From Chara braunii (taxonomy: Eukaryota; Plantae; Charophyceae): a stretch of DNA of 64,000 nt. The translations under genes were made by a program, and so were the position numbers. Under the pieces are notes generated by a model. It saw only the letters and a program-made list of their open reading frames with translations, had not been told where the DNA came from and made no database searches. The stretch lies in assembly GCA_003427395.1 (NCBI GenBank), contig BFEA01000022.1, forward strand, positions 4,858,005 through 4,922,004, read 5' to 3'. Shown piece after piece: positions 50,112 to 62,118 of the stretch. Numbering within the stretch: position 1 is the stretch's first letter; the number at the start of each line of letters is the position of its first letter.

Positions 50112-53100
50112 ATTCAGGTCACCCAAAGAATATTAGACAAACTGTGGTCAGTACAACCTCCGGAACCAGGAACACAAGAAATTTCAGCCCTTGTTCCCCA
50201 GGCAAGAGAGGATACCTTCTCAGTGGATGGCCAGACATGGCCACAAGTCCTCATTCAGGAGATGGCGGAGGTGCTGCAGTCAGACCAGAACCAAAATATG
50301 CTGGCTGCAAAAAAACAGTTGTGGGAGGACAGCGTCCCACCCCACTTCCTCATAATTGTACTACACATAACACCATCTCAGGAAGTCGACAGCACTCTGT
50401 CCACAGATTCGGCAATCAACCTCATCTCAGACTCCGACTCAGACTCCTCCTCCATCTCCTCTTTGCAGGCCTGTTACACTGATGACGAAGAAGGGGGAGG
50501 CACACAATCAGAATCTGACTTGGGAGCCGAGACTATACCTCAAACAATGGACCGGACTGGGCAGCCACGATTCGAAAACAACCAAATGCAACGGGACTAC
50601 CAAACCCGTGGCCCCCCGAAGGGGCCCCGGCAGCCCCTCAGAAAGCCCACCACCTGAGGGAAACTTAGAGACCTCATAAGGCCCTCCTCCTCCACCCGGG
50701 CACCAAAAGACAGTGAACCCCTACAGGGCCTACTAATCCTTTCGATCAGGAGGGATCCTCAATCCCGGGCATGGCAGCTTGGCCTGCACACAAAGGGATA
50801 CCTAGCAGACTTTACTGTGGACCATGCTAGCTCCAAGAATGAATTTGTGGGGCTCACGGTTGAAGGATGGCAGGGGGAATACGGGAAAACAGAGGCTGTG
50901 AGAATGACCACAACCCTCCTTGCAGAGTACAAAGATACAGAGGCTCAGGGGGTGGGCCTGCCTCCGAACCACCCACTGCCACGAGGCATCACGGTGGCCA
51001 CAACTGTCCTTGACTACGACCTCTCCTAGAAAGGGGCCTCCTCTCTGCTATGGTTCGCTGAAGAACAGTTGGTTGACCTGTCAACAACCAGGCTGAGATC
51101 CAACCAAGCATGGAGATTAGCCCAGATCCATATTTTATTCCAAGCTATTTTAGAAAATGGGTTTCTCCATGCCACAAACAACTAGGATGACCCTATGCTC
51201 CTTAACAAATTGTGAGCCACCACATACTATAAACCACTAACACTTGTCAAGATGGAGCAACAAACAATGTGTGCAGGAGACCGCCGCCCCGACCCACCTA
51301 CACAATCCACGCCGCAAACGCATGTCCTTCGCATTGCACCGCTACCCCCCCCACACCAACCAATCACCCCCCCCCCCCCCCCCCCCCCCCCCACTCCACT
51401 TGTTGTGCCGCCACCCCTCAGACCCATCCCTGCCTGGGCAAAAAAATTGGCTCAGGCAGACCTGCACATAAGGTCCCTCAATGTCAATGGGCTGACACCC
51501 AGAAAACTGCAGCCATTTGGAATGAAATCAGACACCCGGATACAACAAATTGGCCAGACGCCATCTGCATCCAAGAGACCCACCTTTCCGACACAGCTTC
51601 CCACCAGGCCAAACACCGGGCGGTCTGGCCACACACAGCATTCACAGCCCCGACCGTAGGTACGGCCTCAGCAGGGGTGGCCATATGGCTGCCACCCTCA
51701 TCCCGCTTGTCCCCGATCCAATCAGACTACGACAGGCGGGAAGGAAGATGGTTATACCTCAAAGCAACCCTTGGGGACGAAGAGATATGTTTGGTAAGCA
51801 TATACGGCCCGAATGATCCCATACAACGCATCCAATTTTTCCAGACTCTACACGATGTCCTGCCCACCGACTGCCCAACCATCTTGGCAGGGGACTTTAA
51901 TACCACGCCGGACCCGGGAATGGATAGACATTCCATCCCTCTCCCTGACATAGGAGAGCTCACACCAGACATTATATCTCTGTCCCAACTCATCTCAGAG
52001 AGACAACTGTGTGATATCTATAGACTCCTCCACCCGACTAAAAGGGCCTACACATGCCTGCGCTCGCGAGGGGAGGCGGGACTCTCCAACTCTCGCATTG
52101 ACTTCTTCCTCATTCCCCAAGCGTTGGTGAACCTGGTCACAATAGCTGAGATTCAAGTCATCAGCCCCTCGTGATCCTTTGACCATAGGGGGATAGCCTT
52201 GGGCATCTCCTTCCACCAACATCTGGCCCGGGGACCAAGCGTTTACAAATTTAATACATCACTCCCTAGACTTCCGGAATTCGATGACCTGGTCAAAGAG
52301 TATTGGCGATACTGGGACACACAGAAAACTCCACAACAATCATGGGTGGACTGGTTCAACATAGGAATTGCCAACCTAAGAGAAAGGACAAAAAAATTCT
52401 CGATTACTCACACGCAAAAGCGAAAGGCCACCATTGACAGACTGATCCACGCTTTGGAACAGTGGGATGACCAAATGGTCAATCGGCCTCTTGACCAAGA
52501 CACCTATGCTCACCTCCAAGACGCAAGGGATCACCTTCAAGCCTACCTAGACTACCAATCAGAAGGATGGCGAATCCAAGCGAAAATAAAGAAGACAAAC
52601 CATGAAGGTACAATGGCAGCCACCTTTTTTGCTAAAGCCAAAAGCAGAGCAAGGCAACACCTCGTGGCATCCCTACACCACCCTTTCGACCCTCACCAAA
52701 AAGATGTCACCGAACCGTACTCCATCGTTGACTACGCAGCGAAATATTACCAGAACTTGTTCACTTCTGAGACTGCGCAGTGGGAACCTCGTGTTTTAAA
52801 CGACGCCCGGGACACCCTCCTCAACAACCTGCCATCCTTGCTCTCCCACACCCAAAGCCAAGCACTAGAAGCGCCCTTAACCACACAAGAGATACACAGA
52901 GCCTTGCTAGACATGGACGACGAAAAGACCCCTGGGCTGGACGCTTTCCCAAAAGAGTTTTGGGTGCACTACTGGGATCTCTTCATAAACGACTTCATGA
53001 ACTACACACATGTGGTTCAACAAGAAGGCAGATTCGGGGACCTGTTGGGGTAGGGAGTGACAACACTGTTGTACGAAAAGGGGACAATGCAGAGATACGC

Positions 53101-56100
53101 AATTATCGCTCAATCACACTCTTGCCGCTCCCCTACAAAATGGTAGCAAAAGTACTATGCAACCGCATGTTGCCATACATGGGCCACCTCATCCACATGA
53201 ACCAGACAGGCTTCATGCCTCAGAGGAACATTCAGGATAACATCCTCTTGGTTAATGAAATCATAAAATACGCATGCCAGAGGAAGAGGGATGCGGCCAT
53301 CTTATTTATTGACTTTGAGAAGGCCTACGATCATGTCGATTGGACCTTCCTAGACCTGTGCATGGCCAAAATGAACTTTGGCCTGGGGTTTAGGCAATGG
53401 ATCACCACCCTGCACCACTCAGCAACGACCAATATAATGTTGAACGGCCATTTATCATCTCCACTTGCATTACAAAGATCGGTACAGCAGGGTGACCCGA
53501 TCGCACCTCTTCTCTTAGTCATCGTAATGGAAGCCCTGGCTGCACTCATCAGAGCTAATCCGGCCATCGAACGAATATCCATCCCAGAACTGCCCGCTTA
53601 CCTGGTACCGGTCACATCCCTGTTTGTGGATGACCTTACAATCCTTCTCCACGCTTCCCCAGCTAGCATGAGGGCGCTCGCCCATACTATCCACCTCTTT
53701 TCTGTAGCGGCGAACATGAAAGTAAATTGGGGAACTAAAACGGAAGGATGGTGGTTGGGAGAGGATGGTGAACTCCCCCCTGCTGACCCCCCCGTGTCCT
53801 GGAAACCCAAAAAGGAAGCTATTCGGATCTTGGGGGTCAGACTCACAGCCATGGGACTGCCAAAGGACCACAGTGACCGACTTGTTCAAACAGCCATCCA
53901 AGCAATGGCAAGGTGGAAAGGCCTCCACACTTCTTTGGTTGGGAGGACCCTGACCATAAACAATGCCATACTGTCTACAATCTGGTACAAGACAGTCTTT
54001 TGGGCACTAGGTCAGAAACAAATGACTCGCCTCAAGGAAGCCACAGCGGCTTACCTCTGGAGAAATGATCACGAGATCAAAACATGTATCAAAAGGGTGG
54101 CGTGGGCCCAGGTGGCCCAACCAAGATCAAAGGGCGGCTTGGCTATCATTGGCCCGGAAGATGAAATCAAGGCCCTCATATTTAGAATTATTGTCAGAAT
54201 ATTGATGGCAAAGGATGTCCCTTGGGCTCCGCTGGCTCACATCCAAATAACCAGCCTTGCCCCTGACACAGCCCAAGACCGGCCAGTACACTCTCTCTTA
54301 TGGCTCACGAATCATGGATGGTCTATCCTTAACGCACCTACGACACGCCACAACAACTCCCCAGCAACAGCGACAAGAACGGACCTCCTCAATGACCCCC
54401 TCTGGACTGATATCATTCACCTATGGAGGGACATAGGTTCGGACAAGCTGCCCCCTCCGCTGCGGTGGCAGGAGATATGGAGACAGTCGTGGTTCGACAA
54501 TCCCCACATAGTCAATTCACAGGGACAACCTTTTTCCATAAAAAACGATTCACATTGGCTGTCATGGGCACGAAGGGGGATTATTACACTTGGGGACCTA
54601 TGGGACATACCGACTGGCCAATGGAAGACCAAAGACCAAATGAAGCCCAGGCTTCACCACATAAAAAACGTGGAAACAAAACTACGAGAACTTATGACAA
54701 CCATACCAACCACCTGGGCCGATGTCTTGAAAAAGCGTCCATCCACTCAACCAGGGGACTGGGTGGTTGAGATGACCACCCTGCCTCTCCCCATGGTCGT
54801 CTACCAGGTGAAGGCCTGCACAGAGTCTGGAACATCCCTGAAAGCATATGAGTCGGCCCTCCCGGGAGCCCGCGTATCCCGCCTCACCAGAAATGCCCAC
54901 CTGGACAAGGAGCACAACGGACCTGGCCTCACAAGAGTTCGGACATTGGGAGACAACGAAGAGGGATGGTGGGCATATGAAGCCTCCACCCCCATATCTT
55001 CTCTCCTGTTCGACCCGAATGAATGGCAATGGGGAGGACGGACACCGCTCCCGCTATGGAAGTTCACGGTAAAAAACTGCTACAGAAAGGTGCACAACAC
55101 AGTTGACACCACAGACATTGTCAAAAACCGATGGCGGAGGGACTCCGCCGTATCAACAGCGTCCCTTCACAACTTTCGTTGGTCACATTATACGGGCATA
55201 ATGCCTACCTCTCAAAGGGCGCTCCAATGGCAGATTGTATACCGCTGTCTCCAGACCCCGGACTGGCTGGTGTCAAGATCCACACTTGAACAAAGGGGAA
55301 TTGCATCCCCCCTCTGTACCTTATGTGGAACATCAACCCAAAAGTCACGGGCAGACCTAGAACACTGCCTCTTGGACTGCCCCATGGTCAATCAAATCTG
55401 GCGCTGGTGGGACGCAGTGTGGAGGCACCTCACAGGCATTGATCTCCCATGGAACCCAGGGACGTTGTTAATGGACCTGCCCATAACTAACCAGCACACA
55501 TGGTCCTCCTTCCAATCCACTCTCTTTAATTACACGCGTGAACGGGAATGGCTGGACTTCGCGTAAGCTGGCGACTCTTGATGACAACCAAAACCTCCAT
55601 TGGAAACAATGGTGGCGAGATGAAGCCGGCTGGTTGAGACGGATCCTCCCACCCACCCGTAGATCCTCCCTTACAGAGCTGGCCATACCCCACCCTCCCA
55701 CACCCACCCATGATCTACCACAGCATCCCCCACTCCCNNNNNNNNNNNNNNNNNNNNNNNNNNNNNNNNNNNNNNNNNNNNNNNNNNNNNNNNNNNNNNN
55801 NNNNNNNNNNNNNNNNNNNNNNNNNNNNNNNNNNNNNNNNNNNNNNNNNNNNNNNNNNNNNNNNNNNNNNNNNNNNNNNNNNNNNNNNNNNNNNNNNNNN
55901 NNNNNNNNNNNNNNNNNNNNNNNNNNNNNNNNNNNNNNNNNNNNNNNNNNNNNNNNNNNNNNNNNNNNNNNNNNNNNNNNNNNNNNCCTTGGCCAGGCGC
56001 TCGACCAAGCTCGAAAAAACGAACTCGAACACAAAAGCTAGAGCCAATGTGGAAGAACAGGTACCTCACAAGATACTCATTCCGGCCAGGCAGGGGCCTG

Positions 56101-56806
56101 GCTGGAGGTTAGGCCCAATCAGTACAACAGCCACAACTTTGCATCTCGACAGATGACAGAACTCATGACTAAAGAAAAGCACCCGGATTGCTGGGTCAAA
56201 CAAGGAACAAGGGACCGGGGCAAAAAACGACAGTAAAGCAGTGACTTCCAATTTTGACCCTTTACGAATGTCTTATACACTAGTTTTAAGAGGGTTTAGG
56301 GTTTAAATGGGAGTAAAGGGACAGACACAACAAAAATCAAACAGGGGGGCTACTGAAATAGGGTTGGGCGAATAGATAAGGGGTGCTCCAAAAAGGGTAG
56401 GGTGTCACAAGCAGCTCCATGGGACAACGGAGCCCCGGAATGAGACAATAATGACCGCAGCCGCAAGAAACAACAAGGACTGTAGAGACTTACAGATAAA
56501 CAACTGCAGACTACAGTTGCATAAAAGACAGCGAAAGGGAAACAAGGCAGAGGGGGATAGATATGAGAACCATCACAGACTTGGAATGACATGTACAGGA
56601 GCACATCATTTCCCACTGTCATCAGCAGATAGGATCAAACAAACAATTTCAATGTTCAGGGACGATGGACCCGCTTTCCAGCAGGTGTTGCTCCCCACCA
56701 ATAGATGGAGCCTCCCCGACGGTGATAGTGGTGTCCGCTCTTACCAGCACCCCTAGCATTAGCTCGGGCTGTTTTCCTGTAAAAAAAAAAAAAGAAAAAA
56801 AAAAAA
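50112..56806 (+). mobile_element. L1/Tx1-type LINE
   Basis: APE endonuclease, RT and C-terminal zinc finger, with a 3' tail ending in poly(A) at 56781-56806. Continuity across the gap at 55738-55986 is assumed, and the 5' boundary is uncertain. Confidence 0.85.
51460..55566 (+). pseudogene. LINE ORF2 (APE endonuclease, RT, zf-RVT), disrupted by frameshifts and stops
   Basis: IRSLNVNGL, CIQETH, SIYGPN, AGDFN, SRIDFF and DH (endonuclease); YRSITLL, DFEKAYDHV, QGDPIAP and FVDD (RT); CTLC...EHCLLDC. Confidence 0.93.
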
Positions 56807-56909
56807 GGACTACGTTAGGGCCTTGCCAAACTACTCCCTGAAGTGGCTGTTTTTGAGGGTGCAGCGTGGCCACACCAGCTGCTGAATTTGATCTGTTAGA
56901 TTGAGTTCG

Positions 56910-57641
56910 GGAGCTGTCAGAATGTGGCTTCTGAGAGCAGTCCCCAAATCACCCCCTGCCAAGCTGCATTTTCAGGAGAGCTCCTTCACACCTCCGAGTT
57001 TCGTCTGAGTTGAGCTCGAAGGGAGAGCTGTCAGAATGTGGCTCCAAAGGGACAACTGCCAGAATGTGGCTCCCAAGAGCACTCCCCATATCACCCCTTG
57101 CGAAGCTGCATTTTTCATTTTTTTTTTAAAGGCTAATTCTTTTAAGCCCAACCAATTCAATTACCTGTCGAATCTGGACACAGTCTTTCAGGCCTTTTTT
57201 ATTGTCATTATAGTATTACGGGGAACCCCATAGCAGCCACATCCGTGCTCAAGCCTCCAAAGAGGGAACATGCGGGAGCTGCATCCACCAGCAGGTGCGA
57301 TACCTACTACAGTAGGTGAGCGATACTGGCCAGGGGTCAGCCGGTAGCATCAGGACCGAGGTTCTTCGATGGGCCAATCACTGTGCCTCCCCTCCGATTC
57401 CCTCCCCCTGTGAGTATCAGCAGTCTCTGCTCAATGCCACTCGGGGGACCAACGGCATATCTCTAGGTGGCGGGCGCCAAGCTTGCCCAGGAAGGTACAT
57501 GAGGCCAATGGGGATTGAACCCAAGACCTCCTGAATGCCACTTGCGTGCCTTACCAACTGAGCTAGGCCGCTGGATGCGAAGCTGCATTTTCAAGAGAGC
57601 TCCTTTGCACCTCCGAGTTTCGTCTGAGTGGAGCTCAAAGG
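56910..57641. repeat. Short tandem duplication whose second unit is interrupted by a SINE
   Basis: GGAGCTGTCAGAATGTGGCT...AAGCTGCATTTTCA.GAGAGCTCCTT..CACCTCCGAGTTTCGTCTGAGT occurs twice. Confidence 0.8.
57115..57575 (-). mobile_element. tRNA-derived SINE with poly(A) tail and 16-bp TSD
   Basis: A box TAGCTCAGTTGG and B box GGTTCAATCC. TSD TGCGAAGCTGCATTTT at 57099-57114 and 57576-57591. Confidence 0.9.
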
Positions 57642-57950
57642 GACAAACAGACGTCTATCAGACTGCTTCACACTGAAGGTGTCCAGATGTGGCAACTGTC
57701 ATTTTCAGACTTGGAGAGCGGCAGGTTCCAGAGAGTAGTGTGGCTAAAAGCATTCTCGAGCGGGATTTCATGTTCGGGAGCACCCCCAAATATTTTCTAG
57801 AGCTCGGGAGTGGTGTGGAGACGCCCATAATGATAATAAGGCCAGAAAGGACATCCTATCAGGTTAGACAGAAGATTGAATTGTCTACCACGGGGGCAGG
57901 GAATGCAGCCTTAAGGGTCTATTTTCTGTTTTTGTCCTTTTTTTCCTTTG

Positions 57951-57997
<47 letters not shown>

Positions 57998-58075
57998 GTT
58001 CTTTTTTTTTTTTTTGTTGTTGTCTTTGTCTTTGTTTTCTTTGTCGTTGTTGTTGTTGTTGTTGTTGTTGTTGTC

Positions 58076-58306
58076 ATATTCGCTATACACACGGTTCTGT
58101 CGGACTTTCACCGACTCAGCAGGAGGTTGAACCCTGACAGTCTGCCCAGGATGCATTTGACTGATGGATCAGGACTCACCACATCGCCCAGAGTTAGTGA
58201 TACCCCAGAGAAAAGTGGTCGACTTTACTCACACCAACCTTGCAATCCTAGCAGACTGCCGGTCCAAACCCTTGACAAGAACGGTAGTAAGTCTGAGAAA
58301 CTAATC
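58076..58306 (-). ncRNA. Non-coding repeat copy 1 with a degenerate type III hammerhead (58087-58147) and an (AAC)n/A-rich tail
   Basis: GCAGACUGUC^AGGG-uucaa-CCUC CUGCUGA GUCGG-ugaaagu-CCGAC AGAA CCGUGUGU; homologous to 61372-61553. Confidence 0.6.
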
Positions 58307-58339
<33 letters not shown>

Positions 58340-58344
58340 CACAC

Positions 58345-58376
<32 letters not shown>

Positions 58377-58410
58377 CAGACAGACAGACAGACAGGAAGA
58401 AAGAAAGAAA

Positions 58411-58781
58411 GGGGGTACCATGAAGTATGAGGCAGAAGGTGGTCGTGTACCTACTAGACTGTTATATCGCGTCAAACGCGGGGACGCAGCCATTCGGGTA
58501 GCATGCTTTATGTTCTAGACAGAAAGCTTGGCAAAGGTCTTATGAAGTGGGGGATGGGCAGCCTTCTGGATGGTAGTGTCCAAAGCCAACGCTCTCCCAC
58601 ACACCACACGCAACCCACTCACACCCGTGTTGGCTGAAGACCTTACTGATACGGACTGGAAGGATCCAACTCACTATCTCAGTTGGATGGCACCAAGAGT
58701 GCCAAAGGAGGCCGTGGGGATTGAACCCACAACCTCCTGAATGCCACTTGCGTGCCTAACCAATGGAGCTAGGGCGCTGGA
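58411..58781 (-). mobile_element. tRNA-headed SINE-like element with the same head as 57115-57575 but a different body
   Basis: 58708-58781 closely matches 57501-57575 (A and B boxes). The downstream body is unrelated and the 3' end is uncertain. Confidence 0.7.
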
Positions 58782-59822
58782 TGGAGCCCAGATTCTTCTA
58801 TCGCAGGACGGGGGAAAAAAAAAAAAAAAACACTGAAAAACGAATAGCAAGCTACTGAGGGTTGTACCACCCCACAGGCCACCAGGAAAAAGGGCATTTC
58901 AAGCTCTAAACTACGAGCAGTGTATCTACCTTTGCTCTACTGGAAGATTCATGCTCATGTTGCACATTTGGTCAGTAGTGGAGCAACGCCCTCTCAACAG
59001 CTCTCGGGGCCAAAGGTAAGTGTGTTTTTTCTTCTTTTTTTTCTGAAAGTAGATACGTTTTGTTTTTCTTTTCTTTTCTTAGTAAGCCCTGCCAACGAGG
59101 CAGGGCAGTCCGTTCTATTTCCTTACTTGGGCATAGTAAACAACAGAATGCTTCCATACTGTATTGCGGTAGAAGAGAAAAAAAACAAAAGGGGAATAGA
59201 CCCAGACCCAAATCGCCCATATCGCCCGCCCCCAGTTTGCAACGGGAAAAAACTCTATCCCTCAAAAGGGAAACAATGGACGACGCCCTATACTAAATTG
59301 CAACGACCTTGACAAGCTAACGTGCCCTACGACTGGCCTTAGGGGACGACTGCGACCGGACCCTATTTTCTGTTGTCGGAGACCCCAAACGAATCCGTCC
59401 TAGCGAAGTTGTACTGCACGACCGAACCGAAAATAGAAAGAAATGAAACGACAAAAATGAAACCCACACAAGCGCAGCCTCCTGGCTGCGAAGTAGAGTA
59501 CCTCCAGATAATTCGTAGCCCTAAGGCTGCGGTATAATAGGCTTCGGAGTCTGTGTCAAGGTGGCACATTTTCAGCAGCGGGGAACCGGCACACAAGAGG
59601 GTTCTAATGGGGTGAAAGTTGTTGGGGGACCGGTCCACCGCATTTTTACGGACTACCTACAGCCATCGCACGTAGAACCGTCGCGGTAGCAAAATTGAAG
59701 GACCGGTCCTCCCGGCCATCTGAACTGCAAAAGGACCCTCAGGCCTAGGCGTTGAGGCCCGTCTTCGGAATATAGGGAGGTCGACTCTAGGAAGATGTCT
59801 GAAAGTGCAACAAAACAGGCGT

Positions 59823-60320
59823 TTTGCCAGAGGCAACTTTGGTGATTTTTTGTGCTCGGAGGAATTCATAGAAAATGCGAACATTCGAGACTCCAGAGAT
59901 TACGTCTTTGTCTTTCCAAGAAAAATATTGATTTTTTTTCAGAAAATCATTAAGACCGCGAAATAATCACAGCACCGATTTGACCCATATTCCATTTTTG
60001 CCACTCAGTCATGTGTGGGCCAACGGAAAAAGTGTCCAATGATTTTTCCCGCTCAGAAGAATGTGTGAAAAAAGCTGAAAATTGCAGTGCTCGTAGATTT
60101 TATTATTTTTTTTTTTTGAAAGGGCGACAGCCTTGAGATATCATCATTAAGCTGACCGGCCCCAAGTAATTCAGAAATAGTTGGTTTCACAACTTTTACT
60201 CGTCAAGTTCCATCATCTGGATTCGAACACGGGTCTGTATTTTCAACAGCTCATGGGTGTACCCACTGGGCTAGGCTCTTGGGTAGTGCTCGTAGATTTT
60301 GTTGTGATATTTCCAGGAAA
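59823..60320 (+). repeat. Dispersed AT-rich repeat, diverged direct copy of 63693-64000
   Basis: GCAACTTTGG..ATTTTTTGTGCT..GAGGAATTCA and CCACTCAG.CAT.TGTGGGCCAACG are collinear in both copies. Confidence 0.8.
60102..60284 (-). mobile_element. Short tRNA-derived SINE (~180 bp) with poly(A) and 16-bp TSD
   Basis: A box TAGCCCAGTGG and B box GTTCGAATCC. TSD AGTGCTCGTAGATTTT at 60086-60101 and 60285-60300. The paralogous empty site is at ~63962-63977. Confidence 0.88.
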
Positions 60321-60391
60321 AGAATAATAAAACTAAATAATGCCAAATGCCAACTGCGAATAGATCATGGCTGCAATTTGACCCATATTCC

Positions 60392-60476
<85 letters not shown>

Positions 60477-61316
60477 NNNNNNNNNNNNNNNNNNNNNNNN
60501 NNNNNNNNNNNNNNNNNNNNNNNNNNNNNNNNNNNNNNNNNNNNNNNNNNNNNNNNNNNNNNNNNNNNNNNNNNNNNNNNNNNNNNNNNNNNNNNNNNNN
60601 NNNNNNNNNNNNNNNNNNNNNNNNNNNNNNNNNNNNNNNNNNNNNNNNNNNNNNNNNNNNNNNNNNNNNNNNNNNNNNNNNNNNNNNNNNNNNNNNNNNN
60701 NNNNNNNNNNNNNNNNNNNNNNNNNNNNNNNNNNNNNNNNNNNNNNNNNNNNNNNNNNNNNNNNNNNNNNNNNNNNNNNNNNNNNNNNNNNNNNNNNNNN
60801 NNNNNNNNNNNNNNNNNNNNNNNNNNNNNNNNNNNNNNNNNNNNNNNNNNNNNNNNNNNNNNNNNNNNNNNNNNNNNNNNNNNNNNNNNNNNNNNNNNNN
60901 NNNNNNNNNNNNNNNNNNNNNNNNNNNNNNNNNNNNNNNNNNNNNNNNNNNNNNNNNNNNNNNNNNNNNNNNNNNNNNNNNNNNNNNNNNNNNNNNNNNN
61001 NNNNNNNNNNNNNNNNNNNNNNNNNNNNNNNNNNNNNNNNNNNNNNNNNNNNNNNNNNNNNNNNNNNNNNNNNNNNNNNNNNNNNNNNNNNNNNNNNNNN
61101 NNNNNNNNNNNNNNNNNNNNNNNNNNNNNNNNNNNNNNNNNNNNNNNNNNNNNNNNNNNNNNNNNNNNNNNNNNNNNNNNNNNNNNNNNNNNNNNNNNNN
61201 NNNNNNNNNNNNNNNNNNNNNNNNNNNNNNNNNNNNNNNNNNNNNNNNNNNNNNNNNNNNNNNNNNNNNNNNNNNNNNNNNNNNNNNNNNNNNNNNNNNN
61301 NNNNNNNNNNNNNNNN

Positions 61317-61369
<53 letters not shown>

Positions 61370-61371
61370 GA

Positions 61372-61553
61372 GGACCGACAATTTGCAAGGATATAGGGTT
61401 GGTATGAGTAAAATTGACCACTTTTCTCAGGGTTATTGCTAACTCTGGGTGGTGTGGTAAGTCCTAATTGGTTAGTCAAATGCATTATGGGCAGACTGTC
61501 GGGGTTCAACCTCCTGATGTGTCGGTGAAAGTACCTGCGAATAGAATGCACGG
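61372..61553 (+). ncRNA. Non-coding repeat copy 2 with a degenerate type III hammerhead (61489-61551)
   Basis: GCAGACUGUC^GGGG-uucaa-CCUC CUGAUGU GUCGG-ugaaagua-CCUGC GAA UAGAAUGC. Confidence 0.6.
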
Positions 61554-62118
61554 TCATTACACCTGTGGTTGGGCTAACTTTCAGGTTAGATATGCTGGTA
61601 ATGATCGTGGGTTCTATTTTGTTCTATTCGGGATCAAAAATCGTCATCATAATCATCATCTTTGGCTTCTGTAGTGCAGCTCACTTTGGGAGTCGCAATT
61701 GTGATGACGTGGCCACTGTGGAGGTCACTTGGCATTTACCGAGCGATGTTGATGATGTGTCATTGGGGAGAACGAAGAAGATGAGGAGGTGGATGAAGAA
61801 TAGAAAGAGGATGACAACAGGAGAGGTGGGGGAGACCTTAGACTTGGAGAGATTAATAGTGGTGTGAAACAACAACGAGAAGCGTTAAGAGAGGAGATGG
61901 GAGTGTAACTCTAGGAGGGAGATGGAGTAGAGACTCTATACAAAACAGCAAATGACAATAGAGTCAGTCACGACAAACCTACTCCATCTCGCATCAACTT
62001 GGTCAGGGGGTACCCCACAGATTGTTCAATGTCGGTCGTAGTAAAAGACTTCTTTTTTATTTGGATATTAAACTTACAACGAACATTATTCCAAGTTAAG
62101 TCAAGCCAAAACCGTTAA

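Noticed and set aside
56291-56306. Plant telomere motif TTTAGGG
   Set aside because: Only about two units; not an array.
57501-57575. Functional tRNA gene
   Set aside because: Acceptor and anticodon stems do not pair, and it is embedded in an element with poly(A) and TSD.
57950-58781. Single composite SINE-hammerhead element (tRNA head to A-rich tail)
   Set aside because: No TSD found, and the second hammerhead copy has no visible SINE head upstream, so adjacency is the simpler explanation.
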